Of a DNA stretch of 63,777 bases, positions 49,190 to 60,880 are shown piece by piece. The translations under genes and the position numbers were made by a program. Origin of the DNA: Octopus bimaculoides (Eukaryota); contig NC_068993.1 of the NCBI RefSeq assembly GCF_001194135.2, positions 54,159,199 through 54,222,975 on the forward strand. Reading direction: 5' to 3'. Within the stretch, counting starts at the first letter, position 1, and every line of letters begins with the position of its first letter. Under the pieces are notes generated by a model. That model was not told the DNA's origin and did not search any database. It was given only the letters and a program-made list of their open reading frames with translations.

Positions 49190-50605
49190 ATGTCATTCTC
49201 TGAAAAAGATAAACTAACTACTAGTAAACGTATCCATACGAGAAAGAAAGCATATCCCTGTGATATCTGTGGTAAAGTATTCTCTACAAGAGGTGAACTA
49301 ACAACTCACAAACGTATTCATACAGGAGAAAAACCATATCAGTGTGATATCTGTGGTAAAGCATTTCCTCAAAATCATCACTTAATTACTCACAAACGTA
49401 TTCATACAGGAGAGAAACCATATCACTGTGATACCTGTGGTAAATCATTCCCTCAAAATGGTCACTTAACTAAACACAAACGCATTCATGTAGGGGAGAA
49501 GCCATTTCATTGTGAAATTTGCGGTAAATCATACTCTCGAAATGATGAGTTAACTATTCACAAACGTGTTCATACAGGAGAGAAACCATATCAATGTGAT
49601 ATCTGTGGTCAATCATTCACTCGTAAAGATAGTTTAACTACGCACAAACGTGTTCATACAGGGGAGAAACCATATCAATGTGATATCTGTGGTAAATCAT
49701 TCTCTAAAAATACTAACTTAACTGATCACAAGCGTATTCATACAGGAGAGAAACCATATCATTGTGATATCTGTGGCAGATCATTCACTCAAAATAATCA
49801 GTTAACTAAACACAAACGTATCCATACAGGAGAAAAGCCATATCGTTGTGATATCTGCGATGAATCATTCTCTCGAAATGATGAGTTAACTACACACAAA
49901 CGTTTTCATACAGGGGAGAAACCATATCACTGCACTATCTGTGGTAAATTATTCTCTGGTGCAATTAATTTAACTCTGCACAAACGCATTCATACAGGAG
50001 AGAAACCATATCAGTGTGATATCTGTGGTAAATCTTTTCCTCAACATGGGCACTTATCTAAACACAAACGCATCCATACTGGAGAAAAACCCTACCATTG
50101 TGATACTTGTGGTAAGTCATTCCTTCAAAGTGACCACTTATCTAAACACAAGCATATTCATACAGGAGAAAAACCATATCACTGTGAAATTTGTGGTAAA
50201 CCATTCTCTCGAAATGACGAGTTAACTATTCATAAACGTGTCCATACAGGAGAGAAACCGTATCACTGTATAATCTGTGGTAAATCTTTCTCTAGAAGTA
50301 ATCTCTTGAGTGGACACAAACGCATTCATACTGGAGAAAAACCGTATCATTGTGATATCTGTGGTAAATCATTCACTCAAAGTACTGCTGTAACTGTACA
50401 CAAACGTATTCATTCTAAAGAAAAACCATATCATTGTGATATCTGTGGTAAGTCGTTCTCTCGAAATAGTCAGTTAACTAAGCACAAAAGTATTCATACA
50501 GGAGCAAAACTCTATCACTGTAATATCTGTGATAAATCATTCTCTCAGCATGATGGTTTAACTAACCACATATGTATACTTACAAGAGATGAACCACATG
50601 AATGA
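49190..50605 (+). CDS. Tandem C2H2 zinc-finger protein A (15 canonical fingers plus degenerate terminal fingers), 471 aa
   Basis: Repeated CxxC-x12-HxxxH with TGEKPY linkers, no KRAB/SCAN/ZAD domain visible. The coding exon probably starts at acceptor TTATTTCAG|G 48745. Confidence 0.93.
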   Translation: MSFSEKDKLTTSKRIHTRKKAYPCDICGKVFSTRGELTTHKRIHTGEKPYQCDICGKAFPQNHHLITHKRIHTGEKPYHCDTCGKSFPQNGHLTKHKRIHVGEKPFHCEICGKSYSRNDELTIHKRVHTGEKPYQCDICGQSFTRKDSLTTHKRVHTGEKPYQCDICGKSFSKNTNLTDHKRIHTGEKPYHCDICGRSFTQNNQLTKHKRIHTGEKPYRCDICDESFSRNDELTTHKRFHTGEKPYHCTICGKLFSGAINLTLHKRIHTGEKPYQCDICGKSFPQHGHLSKHKRIHTGEKPYHCDTCGKSFLQSDHLSKHKHIHTGEKPYHCEICGKPFSRNDELTIHKRVHTGEKPYHCIICGKSFSRSNLLSGHKRIHTGEKPYHCDICGKSFTQSTAVTVHKRIHSKEKPYHCDICGKSFSRNSQLTKHKSIHTGAKLYHCNICDKSFSQHDGLTNHICILTRDEPHE

Positions 50606-51078
50606 TATTTGTGATTATCATTCTCACTAAAACTCTTTCATCTTTATGTATATTAAGTACATTCTTGTTTTATGTATTTATTGTATGTTTCCATTATGTT
50701 GCTGATTTTATTTATGGTTCCTTCATGACTTTATGGAGAAACTTGATGTTTATTTGCATAATTGGTGAAGAAATCTTTGAATTATCAGCGCTGGAATGTG
50801 TTGAACCACATTTTCTAAAACATTTTGTCATTTCAAATGTAAATCTCAAATTCCAGAGTTCTGACTGCTACAGTCTCTTTATATTTTTATATTAATTTAA
50901 AGTCTAAATAAAACTGGTTTACTATGAAATCCTTTTTTTTTTATTGCTTAATAACCAAATCTTGTTTGCACATTTTCTAAACTGATTTTCACCGACTATT
51001 TACTTTTAACTTATATAATTTATTGACACTATTTGATACAAGATATGATCTGATGTTATGAGGAAGTGAGTGAGATAT

Positions 51079-51090
51079 CTATCTATCTAT

Positions 51091-51160
<70 letters not shown>

Positions 51161-51690
51161 CAAAGGATGTCTGTATGTGTAGTACATATGCACTTCTAGA
51201 TTTCAACCGATTTTCACCAAACATTACTTATGTGCCAAGGATGGTCATGCACTATTGCATTTTGCCAAGAGCTCCTATGTATAAGCGAGGCACCAGGGAA
51301 AAAGGTTTCTCTAAAAATTGCAGTTTTCAACTAATTCTTTCCCTTTTCTCTCTCTGCTTATTTCTATCTTCCTTTCTCTCATTCTCCGTTTCTCTTGCTT
51401 ACCTATATTCTCTCTCACCCTCTGTAATAGTCCCTCTCTTTAAGTCTATGTTTGTTTCATTCACTCTCTCTCTCCCTTTCTCTCTCTGAAAATTGACTTC
51501 AATGTATTTCAGTTTTGTTTTGCTTAAATATCTTTGTCTTTACGTTATTTGCACATTCTACCTACAACATTACTTATCTTAAATTTTTTGCATTCTGTCT
51601 ATTTAAATATACTATTTACATTTCTCCCTCTATCGAAAACCATTGTGGTACAGCCGATAAGCCTTCATTACTAACCAATGAGAATTCAAC
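51079..51690 (+). mobile_element. Probable non-autonomous Helitron with (TC)n(TA)n microsatellite at its 5' end
   Basis: TCTATC..(TA)nAAAGCAAAGGATGTCTGTATGTGT..TTCAACCGATTTTCACCAAA resembles Helitron-N 5' ends. The 3' CTRR end was not confidently located. Confidence 0.45.
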
Positions 51691-52382
51691 CATGCCACTG
51701 AGTGTTCATGCATTAGAAAAAGATATCCTAAAGTGAATCAAGTTTTTTCATTCAAGCTATTTTCTTCTAGAGCTCTATACACTGAAATGGGGTTTGTAAT
51801 TTCTGTCTACAAATTGACTTCCATGGCTGATATGTGTATGTTTAATAATGTATTTGCCATCTTTGCGAGGTTCAACATCCAAGGTCGTTTTTCACTACTT
51901 TGTCCCATGTCTTGGGTTTCCCTCTTCCACAGGTTCCATTGTCATTTAGTGACCAGCACTTCTTTATGCAGCCATTGAGAGTTCTCATCATATCATCCTT
52001 AAGCAAGTTGTCAGACCTACTGGCATCATGCTAGGATGGCTGGATAGGTATCAAAAGATTTATTAGCAAATGCTTATCTACGAATATGAGACAGTATGTG
52101 TGTGTGTGTAAATGATTAACAGTATGGTGGGTAGACACACTTAATGGTTAACTCTATTTTTTTTATTTTTCTTAATTACTTCCTGTTTGTATCTATAGCT
52201 TCACAACTAAACCTGTTCCTACCAATTTCTTCTCAATGTATTTAAGCTATGACCACTAACAACATGCTCAAGTGAATCTTCATGAGCAAAACCTCACTCA
52301 TGTAATGAGGTACATTATTACATCACCTGATGAAAGGCTTCTGAACCACGGGATGCGCTGAAATTGATTATATAGTTTCCCA

Positions 52383-53092
52383 TTCACATAGCTATCCTCC
52401 ATGGATGAGGATAGCTGTGTGAAAAAGTGCCACAGCCTCGCGGTTGAGGGTACCTGTGGAAGAGATAGACCCAGGAAGACCTGGGATGAGGTGGTGAAGC
52501 ACGACCTTCGAACATTAGGCCTCACCAAGGCAATGACTAGTGACCGAGACCTTTGGAAATATGCTCTGCATGAGATGACCTGGCAAGACAAGTGAGACCA
52601 TAACCCGTGGCTTTTACCAGGGGTGTAGCAGCCCACTTATGCATACCTTTCCTTCTTTAGACACAAAACCCTGCTTCCAAAGACCTGTTGAGGCAAGTGA
52701 AATCAAATCAAATTCAACGACTGGCATCTATGCCAATCTTCCTTCAGTAGACACTAAACTCAGCTTGCGAAGACCTGTTGGGGCAATTGAACCAAATTCG
52801 ATGATTGGCACCTGTGCCAGTGGAGCGCTAACAGCACCATCCGAGCGGGATCACTGCCAGAGCAGCTGTCTGGCTTCCGTGCCAGTGGAACGTAAAAAGC
52901 AAGCGTGATCGTTACCAGTGTCGCCTTACTGACACTTGGTGCTGGTGGCACGTGAACAAAACATTCGAGTAAGGTCGTTGCCAGTGCCGCTGGACTGACG
53001 CCTGTGCAGGTGGCACGTAAAAAACAACGTTTGAGCGTGCCTGTTGCCAGTACTGCCTTGACTGGCCCTCGTGCCAGTGGCACATAAAAGCA
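52383..53092 (+). mobile_element. RTE LINE 3' end (ORF C-terminus plus modular 3'UTR)
   Basis: MDEDSCVKKCHSLAVEGTCGRDRPRKTWDEVVKHDLRTLGL..DRDLWKYA is near-identical to 33100-33230 and is followed by repeated GTGCCAGTGGCACGTAAAAAGC modules. Confidence 0.87.
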
Positions 53093-53679
53093 GAGGGTCA
53101 AAATTGGTAACACAAACAGGAAGAGCTGCTAAGCCTGAATGAGGTTGTGATAGTGAATGTGTAAATCAAGTGAGGACAGGAGACAAACAAGAACACGTGT
53201 GTGTGTGTGCATGTATGACAGGAAAACAATGATTATGTTATGAACCTCATTAGCTTTCAACTGTTTCTGCTATAAGCTGCAGTGGACTCAGAGTTGACTG
53301 TCGGAATAACACCCTACAACTTTGGCAAAGCTTCGAATATGAAGTGCAATCTATTTGGGAAAAAGAATTACATTTGTATATATATCTCTCCTGTGTTAAA
53401 AAACAAAATTGTTTCATTCAAATATATATGCAATAAACAATTTAATGCATTCTCAAATTTCCAAAGCTTTCTTATTACTTTTGATATATTTGTATGTACA
53501 TAAGATTTTGTTGTTAAAATTAATGTGCAATAAACTGTTTATATTTCTACAATACATAAAATATTTAAACATTTTTCTATACATTTTCTAATAATATTTA
53601 ATCACAAAAATACTAGGTTAAGGAAAAAGTTTGTGCACCATGTTAAAATAATAATTTTTTTATGCAAGAATTTATTCAA

Positions 53680-53870
53680 AAACAACAACTGTTCTTCAAA
53701 ACAAAAACCATCATTTTCCACTTCTACTAATGATCTGCAAGTTTTTGGATTTGGTCAAAGTACCAATCCTTCAGCTCTGAAGCGAACAATTCTTGACAGG
53801 CTTCTTCAACCCCATAGAATGACTCAAATCGGTGACCTTTCATAAAGTGCTGCAATGTCTTTTTGTTTTT
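53680..53870 (-). mobile_element. Mariner transposase C-terminal fragment
   Basis: LQHFMKGHRFESFYGVEEACQELFASELKDWYFDQIQKLADH, followed by stops, resembles the mariner LQ.FL.G.RF..V...F..K...Y..I.KL..RW segment. Confidence 0.7.
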
Positions 53871-54989
53871 TTTTTATGACCATGTCTCCAAATGCAGGTA
53901 ATCACAAAGTACAAAACATTTTCTCTTTAGTTTTCTAATATCCTTCCCGCAACAGAAAGGTTGACTGACAAAGTTATTGTGAATGAAATTGCTTCGAAAT
54001 GGTCCTTTGCAAGCTATAGTAAGGTTTCACAAAGTAAATCTTACAGAATTAAGGCTCCACATGGAAAAATGTACAGCTTTTGGTGGAGAAAACACAAATA
54101 CAAATTTTGATGAATGTTTGTGCAAAAGTGTTTGCTTCAATTTTGAATCAACATGATTCAAAATTGAAGCAAACAATATCTAACATAAAACTGTGTTGAT
54201 AAATTATATAAAAGGTGAAAATCAGATGAGAAAATGTGCAACTTTCAACATACACTGATCAAGGTAGTGAATTTTGTACATAATATAAAGTTGAATCACA
54301 AGACTTGGTTAGAGATTCCAAATGAAAAATAGTAAAAGAATAATTTCAGAGTAAACCAATTTTATTTAGATTTCAAATTCTTATGAATATTCAGAAAGAA
54401 TGATGCAGTTGGAACTCTGGAATTTCAGACTTCCACTTGAAATAACAAAATATTTGAGAAAATGTGGTCCAACACATTGACAATGGACAGAAAAAAGAGT
54501 GTTGGTGATAATTCAAATATTATTCCACACACTTTGTGTTTCGGTAAAGTTTAAGACCACAATGACATTTGCAAATTACTATAAATTCAAGAAGGGAACA
54601 TGTCATACATGAAATTATAGATATTAACAAGAGAATTAGTCTCTTGATAGAATAAATACAATAAATATAAAACAAAAATACACTTGAACGTACATACTAT
54701 ACATGCCGGAATATATATATATATATACACCCAGAACCACGCTAATAGCCTAGGAATTAAATTTAAGATTTCATGGTTTTCTGGGAATTGATGTTGATAA
54801 AACTATTCCGAGCTGGCATCACCATTGTTATGTTTTCACTATTCTGTGTAACGTCCTTTCATTTTTATTACAGATTCTTCAGTTTTGGGGTGAACCCCGC
54901 TAATAGCTTTTGAATGAAAATATCCCATCTAGACCTTTATTTTTAAAAATGAAGGGTAATGATACATATTAAGCATACATTGAGTATAT

Positions 54990-55850
54990 ATTTAACAGAA
55001 ATCCATAATATCATTATCACATTTATTGACATAATGAATTATTTAGCCACATGAATGCTACTTTGATAGGTAACCTCAAAAACCCTAATAGTCATGGAAT
55101 CTCTCAATTTCTTAATAGTAGCAGGTTGTACTGCCTCTGCTACAACTTTGATGGTCACCCAAAAGACATCTTTTGATGTAAATTGGTGTCCATCAGCATA
55201 AACATCTTGTTTAATGATGGACCACAGATTTTCAATAGGGTTGAGATCCACAGATGATAGCAGCCACACCATCAACCTTTCACGCTGCAAGACCCTAGGA
55301 ATGTTTGAGTGGTCCTAGCAGAGTGAGAGGGAGCATTGTCATGCATGAATATGAGATTCCTTAGAAGTGACAGCAGTATGTCATCTAGCCAAGAATCCAA
55401 GACCTTCTTCAGGAAACTGCAGTAGGTGGCTGCGGTCACTTTAAATTCTTCAGGCACCTTGACTGGGCCAACATATCTGTTCCCAAAGATACCAGACCAC
55501 AACATGACTCCGACACCTTGTTGATGTAAACGCTGGTGATGCTCATCTCCAAAAGAGACCCAACCATCAGGTTCATCAAGGGTCGCCCTGGTTTCATCAG
55601 TGAACAGAACATGACTCAAGTCTCATGTCTTGTACTTTTGGGACCATTGTGAGGAGGCAGTATCAGGAGTTCTTGCACAGAAGCTATGGTTCCAAGAATG
55701 TGATTTCTAGTGGTTTTCAGAGCATGAGGAAGTCTGGAAGTGGTGAAAATGGTTTTGCTTGTTTGAGACTTTTTAGTGAGCATGATTACCACAAATATCA
55801 GTGATGTAGTTTGTCACTTTTAAAAATACATATGTAATTAGTTAAACCAA
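54990..55850 (-). pseudogene. Tc1-like (DD34E) transposase remnant, frameshifted, directly downstream of the ZNF B stop
   Basis: VLFTDETR / VMLWSGI / FMHDNAPSH / DLNPIENLWS spread over two frames. Confidence 0.88.
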
Positions 55851-55914
55851 AAGATTGAGAGAATGCCAGTTTTTATAACCGATTAATGTGGGAGAATGAT
55901 TTACCACAGCTGTC

Positions 55915-56706
55915 TCAGTGATATGGTTTTTCTTTAGTATGAACACGTTTATGGACAGTTACAGCAGTACTTTGGGAGAAGGATTTACCACAGATATCAC
56001 ACTGATATGGTTTTTCCCCAGTATGAATTCGTATGTGTCTCTTTAACATATTACCTTCAATAAATGCTTTACCACAGATATCACAATGAAATCGTTTTTC
56101 CCCAGTATGAATGCGTTTATGAGCAGTCAAGTCACCGTTTCGAGAGAATGATTTACCACAGAAATCACACGCATAAGGTTTCTCTCCTGTATGAATATGT
56201 TTGTGAGCAGTTAGCTCATCGTTTCGGGAGAATGATTTATCACAGATGTCACAGTGATAGGGCTTTTCTCCTGTATGAACACGTTTGTGTTTAGTTAGCT
56301 GATTACTTTGATTGAATGATCTACCACAGAAATCACATTGAAACGGTTTTTCTCCAGTATGAATGCGCTTGTGATCAGCTAAGTTAGAACGTTTAGAGAA
56401 GGATTTAGTGCACATGTCACACTGATAAGGTTTCTCTCCTGTGTGGATGCGCCAGTGTTCGGTTAAACTATCTCTACGAGTGAACGCTTGACCACAGATT
56501 TCACATCCATATGGTTTCTCTCCTGTATGGACACGTTTATGAATAATTAAATCATCAGTTCGAGAGAAGTGTCTACCACAGATATCACAGTGATATGGTT
56601 TCTCTCCCGTATGAATACGTATATGAATAGTAAGACGAGCTTTTCTAGTGAATGACTTTTCACAAATATCACACTGATACAAAGTCTTTCCTGAGTCTTT
56701 TGCCAT
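55915..56706 (-). CDS. Tandem C2H2 zinc-finger protein B (9 fingers), 263 aa
   Basis: Nine CxxC..HxxxH fingers with TGEKP linkers. An in-frame TGA lies just upstream of the ATG. The acceptor at 57122 is homologous to that of ZNF A. Candidate non-coding first-exon donor CGA|GTATGG at 58509. Confidence 0.92.
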   Translation of the reverse strand: MAKDSGKTLYQCDICEKSFTRKARLTIHIRIHTGEKPYHCDICGRHFSRTDDLIIHKRVHTGEKPYGCEICGQAFTRRDSLTEHWRIHTGEKPYQCDMCTKSFSKRSNLADHKRIHTGEKPFQCDFCGRSFNQSNQLTKHKRVHTGEKPYHCDICDKSFSRNDELTAHKHIHTGEKPYACDFCGKSFSRNGDLTAHKRIHTGEKRFHCDICGKAFIEGNMLKRHIRIHTGEKPYQCDICGKSFSQSTAVTVHKRVHTKEKPYH

Positions 56707-58706
56707 TTCTTCGGAACAAAAAGAAAACCAAAATCAATCTTTTAACTCATTTCACCATCATTTTCCTTCTTTCTCCACAATATATGGATACTTCACTTGC
56801 TTTTCTTTTTATAATTTACATGTAACAAATATTCTTTAAAATATATTTCCATCACCTCTCACCTTTACAAATATCTGAAGATGTTGAAAAGTCTTTTATA
56901 GATATATCCATTTAGAATGCAAAATTATCTTGTTTTTTTGTTTTTTTTTCCAGACAGTGACTTGCACAAATCACAAATGTTCCTAATAATCTTCCCCATA
57001 ATTCTCCTGACTATATAAATATTATATTTATTCTGTATAACATCCTTTGTCTTCATAAAATTATAAATATTGATGATGCTTCTGATCTAAAGTAATTTTT
57101 TGATACCAGTCTCATCAAGGTCCTGAAATAATAGAGAAACAGTATAAGATATAAAGAACAATTAAACTGTAGAGAATTACCAAAAATTCACATTTCTATG
57201 GTCATAAATTTTAGAATACAACTGAAGTTATCCAGATTATCACAACATTATTTCATACATATCAGAGCAGAGATATACATATAACAGAGATAAATATCAT
57301 ACCACAGAAAAGAAATGTCTCCTTGTCATGATAGTTAGAAGCAAGTGTCATTATCAAGCAACAACATCATTTGTTTCAAGTCCTCCATAAATACATGGTT
57401 GGTTAAGGGAAATATATAAGTGAGGGTTGGTGACAGGAAAGGGGCTGTAAAAAAATCTGCCCAATGAATAATGTCTATATAATCAGGGAAAGAAGAACAT
57501 TAAAATGAAGACATATTTTAAAAGGGATCGGATAATTTACTGTTGTCCCACTGAATGCTATCTGTGAATCTTAAGGGTGAGGAAAAAACTTGGGTGCAGT
57601 AAACGGTTTGGTTCACATATAGGCAATAATAAAAGCAAAAAGCAATATGGACTCTCCATGAAATGGTCAAATAGTTTAGGTTCTGGATGGATGATCAGAT
57701 AAAAAATGTGTACCAATAAGACTACTACCAACTCAAACTATGGCTAGAAATATTTCCTGACTTTGAAATAAGAAAAAACGAGATGACTGCCGGGGAATCT
57801 TTCTTGTAATAAATGTTTCAATAGCTACAAAAAAATTACAGAAGCTGAGATGCTTTAAATATCTAGGAGAATGAGATATGGGCTAATCAACTGCATAAGA
57901 GTATTTCATACCCAGTGTCTGGCACAGTAGCATCACTGCCCTCAATTTTAAGGGAAAGATGATGCAAGCATTGTATACGTTATATAGATGAGAGAGAGAG
58001 AGAGAGTTCTAGCAAAAGAGATTACATAGAGGTAATGTAGAAGTATCTGGTGAGCAAAAAAGACACCTATACTTAGCATTTGTTGAGCTAGAGAGGTACT
58101 TTGATTGGAGTTGTAATCTGGTGGTCACTAAGTTTGGGATAAATGTATGATGTTTTGTGAGAGCTGCACAAACCATGTACAGAGGTGCAGTTAGCAAAGT
58201 GAGAGTTAATAAAGAGTATAGCTATGAATTCAGTGAGAATGTGGGGTTGCAACAAGACTCAGTCTCCACAAATCCATTTTGTCCGTTATAGTGTTTCAAG
58301 CCATTACACAGTTCAAGGCCGCCTGCTCGTGTTAACTCATTTATATTGTTCACAGACTTTTTATAGCAGAATCTGTTGTACAATTAGAAATTCCATGCAA
58401 AGATGCAAAGCTTTGAATCGAGAGACTTGCAGCTGAATTTAGCAAAGATTGAAGTATTAGTAAATATAAAGAAGACAAAATAGTGCTCCAATCAGGAAAA
58501 CAACCATACTCGATATATAGAAAAAAGCAATAAGTAGTAATCGTATTCGGTGTATTGCAGTGAGTGGGGGATATAAAAAAAAAAGTGAAATATTGAAAAT
58601 GGCTGAGTTTCGAAATATCAATCAAATATATTAGTAATCGAAATAGCAATCAGTACGATTAGCGATCGAGAAGGAAAAGGACACGCAATTAAGGGAAGAT
58701 TATTAG

Positions 58707-58737
<31 letters not shown>

Positions 58738-59353
58738 CTGAAATTTTTGGATAATTTTTTTTTTTTTTTCCTGTACCGTAATTCAAAGAATTGGGAGACT
58801 TTTCAATTAGTATTCTTGTGTTTTGCTCTTTTCATTCCCGAAGAGGTATTCCAAAAATCTGTTTTGCAAATATTTTAAATAGTTTAAGCAATGATAAATA
58901 CTCACTTCTACTTTTCTTTTATGTATCGTTGACAGTCTACTATCAGCATGAGAAGAAGATCATCCGTGGAAAAGGTCACGATGGATTGCTTGACGAAAGG
59001 AGGAGACATCAAGTGACATTTATTATAAATATGGATAAACTTAGAGATTTATTGCTAACCACTGTTTCGTAGCCATTCCAACAAACATACCATTTAACCA
59101 GCGTTTTTAGGTGATAAAAGGAAAAATAATAAATGAAACTGAAATGATAATAGAACATCGTTGTTCTCTTTAATCATGGCTTTACATGAGCTAAACAACT
59201 ACAGCAGCAATGTTCTAGCCCAGCATTCTAGAAATAGCGACTGAATTTCCCTCAAATTACACCATTCAGTATTGAACCAGACGACTATAATATAATTACA
59301 GTATACATTCCGCCGAAACTAGTGCGAGTTAGAAGATAATATTCGATAATATA

Positions 59354-59590
59354 TTGGGTTGGGACAAAAGTTCGTAACAGTTTTCAATTGATGATGTCTA
59401 AACAAATGATTTCGTTTCTCACTTGACAGAAGCAGGTATCATCCATATTTTCTGAAAGGTGACATTTCAACGCGTTTTTCCTTACGATTAATTTGAGGAT
59501 AGTTTACTTTTACATTAAAAGTGAAAATGATGGAAAATGCGGTACATTTCCGTTATTTGATGCTCTGTTATATCTGCATAGGTAAAAAAA
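59354..59590 (+). mobile_element. Mariner 5' end fragment (TIR plus start of transposase)
   Basis: TA then TTGGGTTGGGACAAAAGTTCGTAAC. MENAVHFRYLMLCYICIGKK resembles the mariner N-terminus (EHFRHILL.YF.KGK). Confidence 0.65.
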
Positions 59591-59629
59591 AAAATTTTTT
59601 TAAAGGTATATGTAGACAGCAAGTTAACA

Positions 59630-59800
59630 AATATGTTGACAGGCAGGAACGACTCCTGGTGCAGGTATGGTCATGTATTGTCACAACTCCCTGTCCAAAA
59701 CCAACCTTCAAGGCACAGTCGAGGAAGGGTGAAAGAGGGAGCCAGAGAAAATTCTTGTTTGACAACATTGAAGACTGGACAGGTCACAACACTGTGATCC
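59630..59800 (+). mobile_element. RTE-like LINE C-terminal fragment
   Basis: Y-G-H-V..HNSLSKTNLQGTVEEG..RGSQRK..DNIEDWTG across frames. Confidence 0.7.
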
Positions 59801-60039
59801 TGCTACACACGACAGAACAGTGTTTAACAGTAATTGATTACTGCAAGTGTCTACAGTGGTACCGCAATGAGTGGCTGCAGCAGTTAAGGGAACACAATGA
59901 TGCCATAGCTGAGAGCTTTGTAAGTGATTGGCTAGGTTTAGGAGTCAAACTTTTGATCTGATAGACCATGAACATTCTGGCAAAATTACAGTCCAAATGA
60001 CCAAAATGTAACATTTATTACGAAGTTTCTCCTTGCAAA

Positions 60040-60880
60040 GTTAGGCAGCACCATGACATTGTGGTAGCTGTGGCTTCCTCTGGGATTGCAGCTACTTTGT
60101 TACCCGGTGGCAGGACAGCACACTGGACTTTTAAACTCCTTCTCAATTTAGCAACATCCGAGATGCCTTCATGCAACATCATCAAAAGCTCAGATCAGGG
60201 GCAGATACTTAAAAGGTGTCATCTAATCGTCTGGGATGAGAGCTTTGGAAGCATTAGGTAGGGCCCTGAAAGACATCCGAGACTCCAATGGGAGGTGTAA
60301 CGCTTCTGTTGTCAGGTGATTTCAGGCAAACTCTAACTGTCATTCCGAAAGGCTCTAGAGCAGATGAGATCCAAGCATGCCAAAAGTCCTCTGCCCTGTG
60401 GCATCGTGTTACTATCCTCAGTCTTACCACTAACACGAGAGCTCAACTACACAGCAACCAAATGTCCGCAAAGTTTGCACAGGACATTTTGACACTTGGT
60501 GATGGCAAAAGAGCAATATTAGCTCCAAAAAACGTCGCTGTTAAAAAGAATAATAAATCAACAGCTAATGCATTCTCTTCCCGGCACTCTCCACACTTAC
60601 AAGTCTGTTGATACAATTCCAGATAAAAATAAAGTGGTGAACTATCCTCCTGAATTTCTCAATTCGTTGGAGCCTCCTGGACTACCTCCCAACATATTAG
60701 CACTTAAAGTTGGAACTCCTGTAATGCTACTCCGCAATCTGGAACCACCAAGACTTTGCAATGGGACACGACTGGTGATAAAGAAAATGATGTCAAAGGT
60801 TATCGAGGCTATCATTCTTTCTGGATGTAGAAAAAAATGATGACGTCTTCATTCCAAGAATTCCAAGAATTCCTCAGGAG
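60040..60880 (+). pseudogene. Helitron PIF1-like helicase fragment, frameshifted with internal deletions
   Basis: VAVASSGIAATLLPGGRTAH, IVWDE, GGVTLLLSGDFRQ, AILAPKN, EFLNSLEPPGLPP..LKVGTPVMLLRNL..LCNGTRL, IPRIP. Confidence 0.92.
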
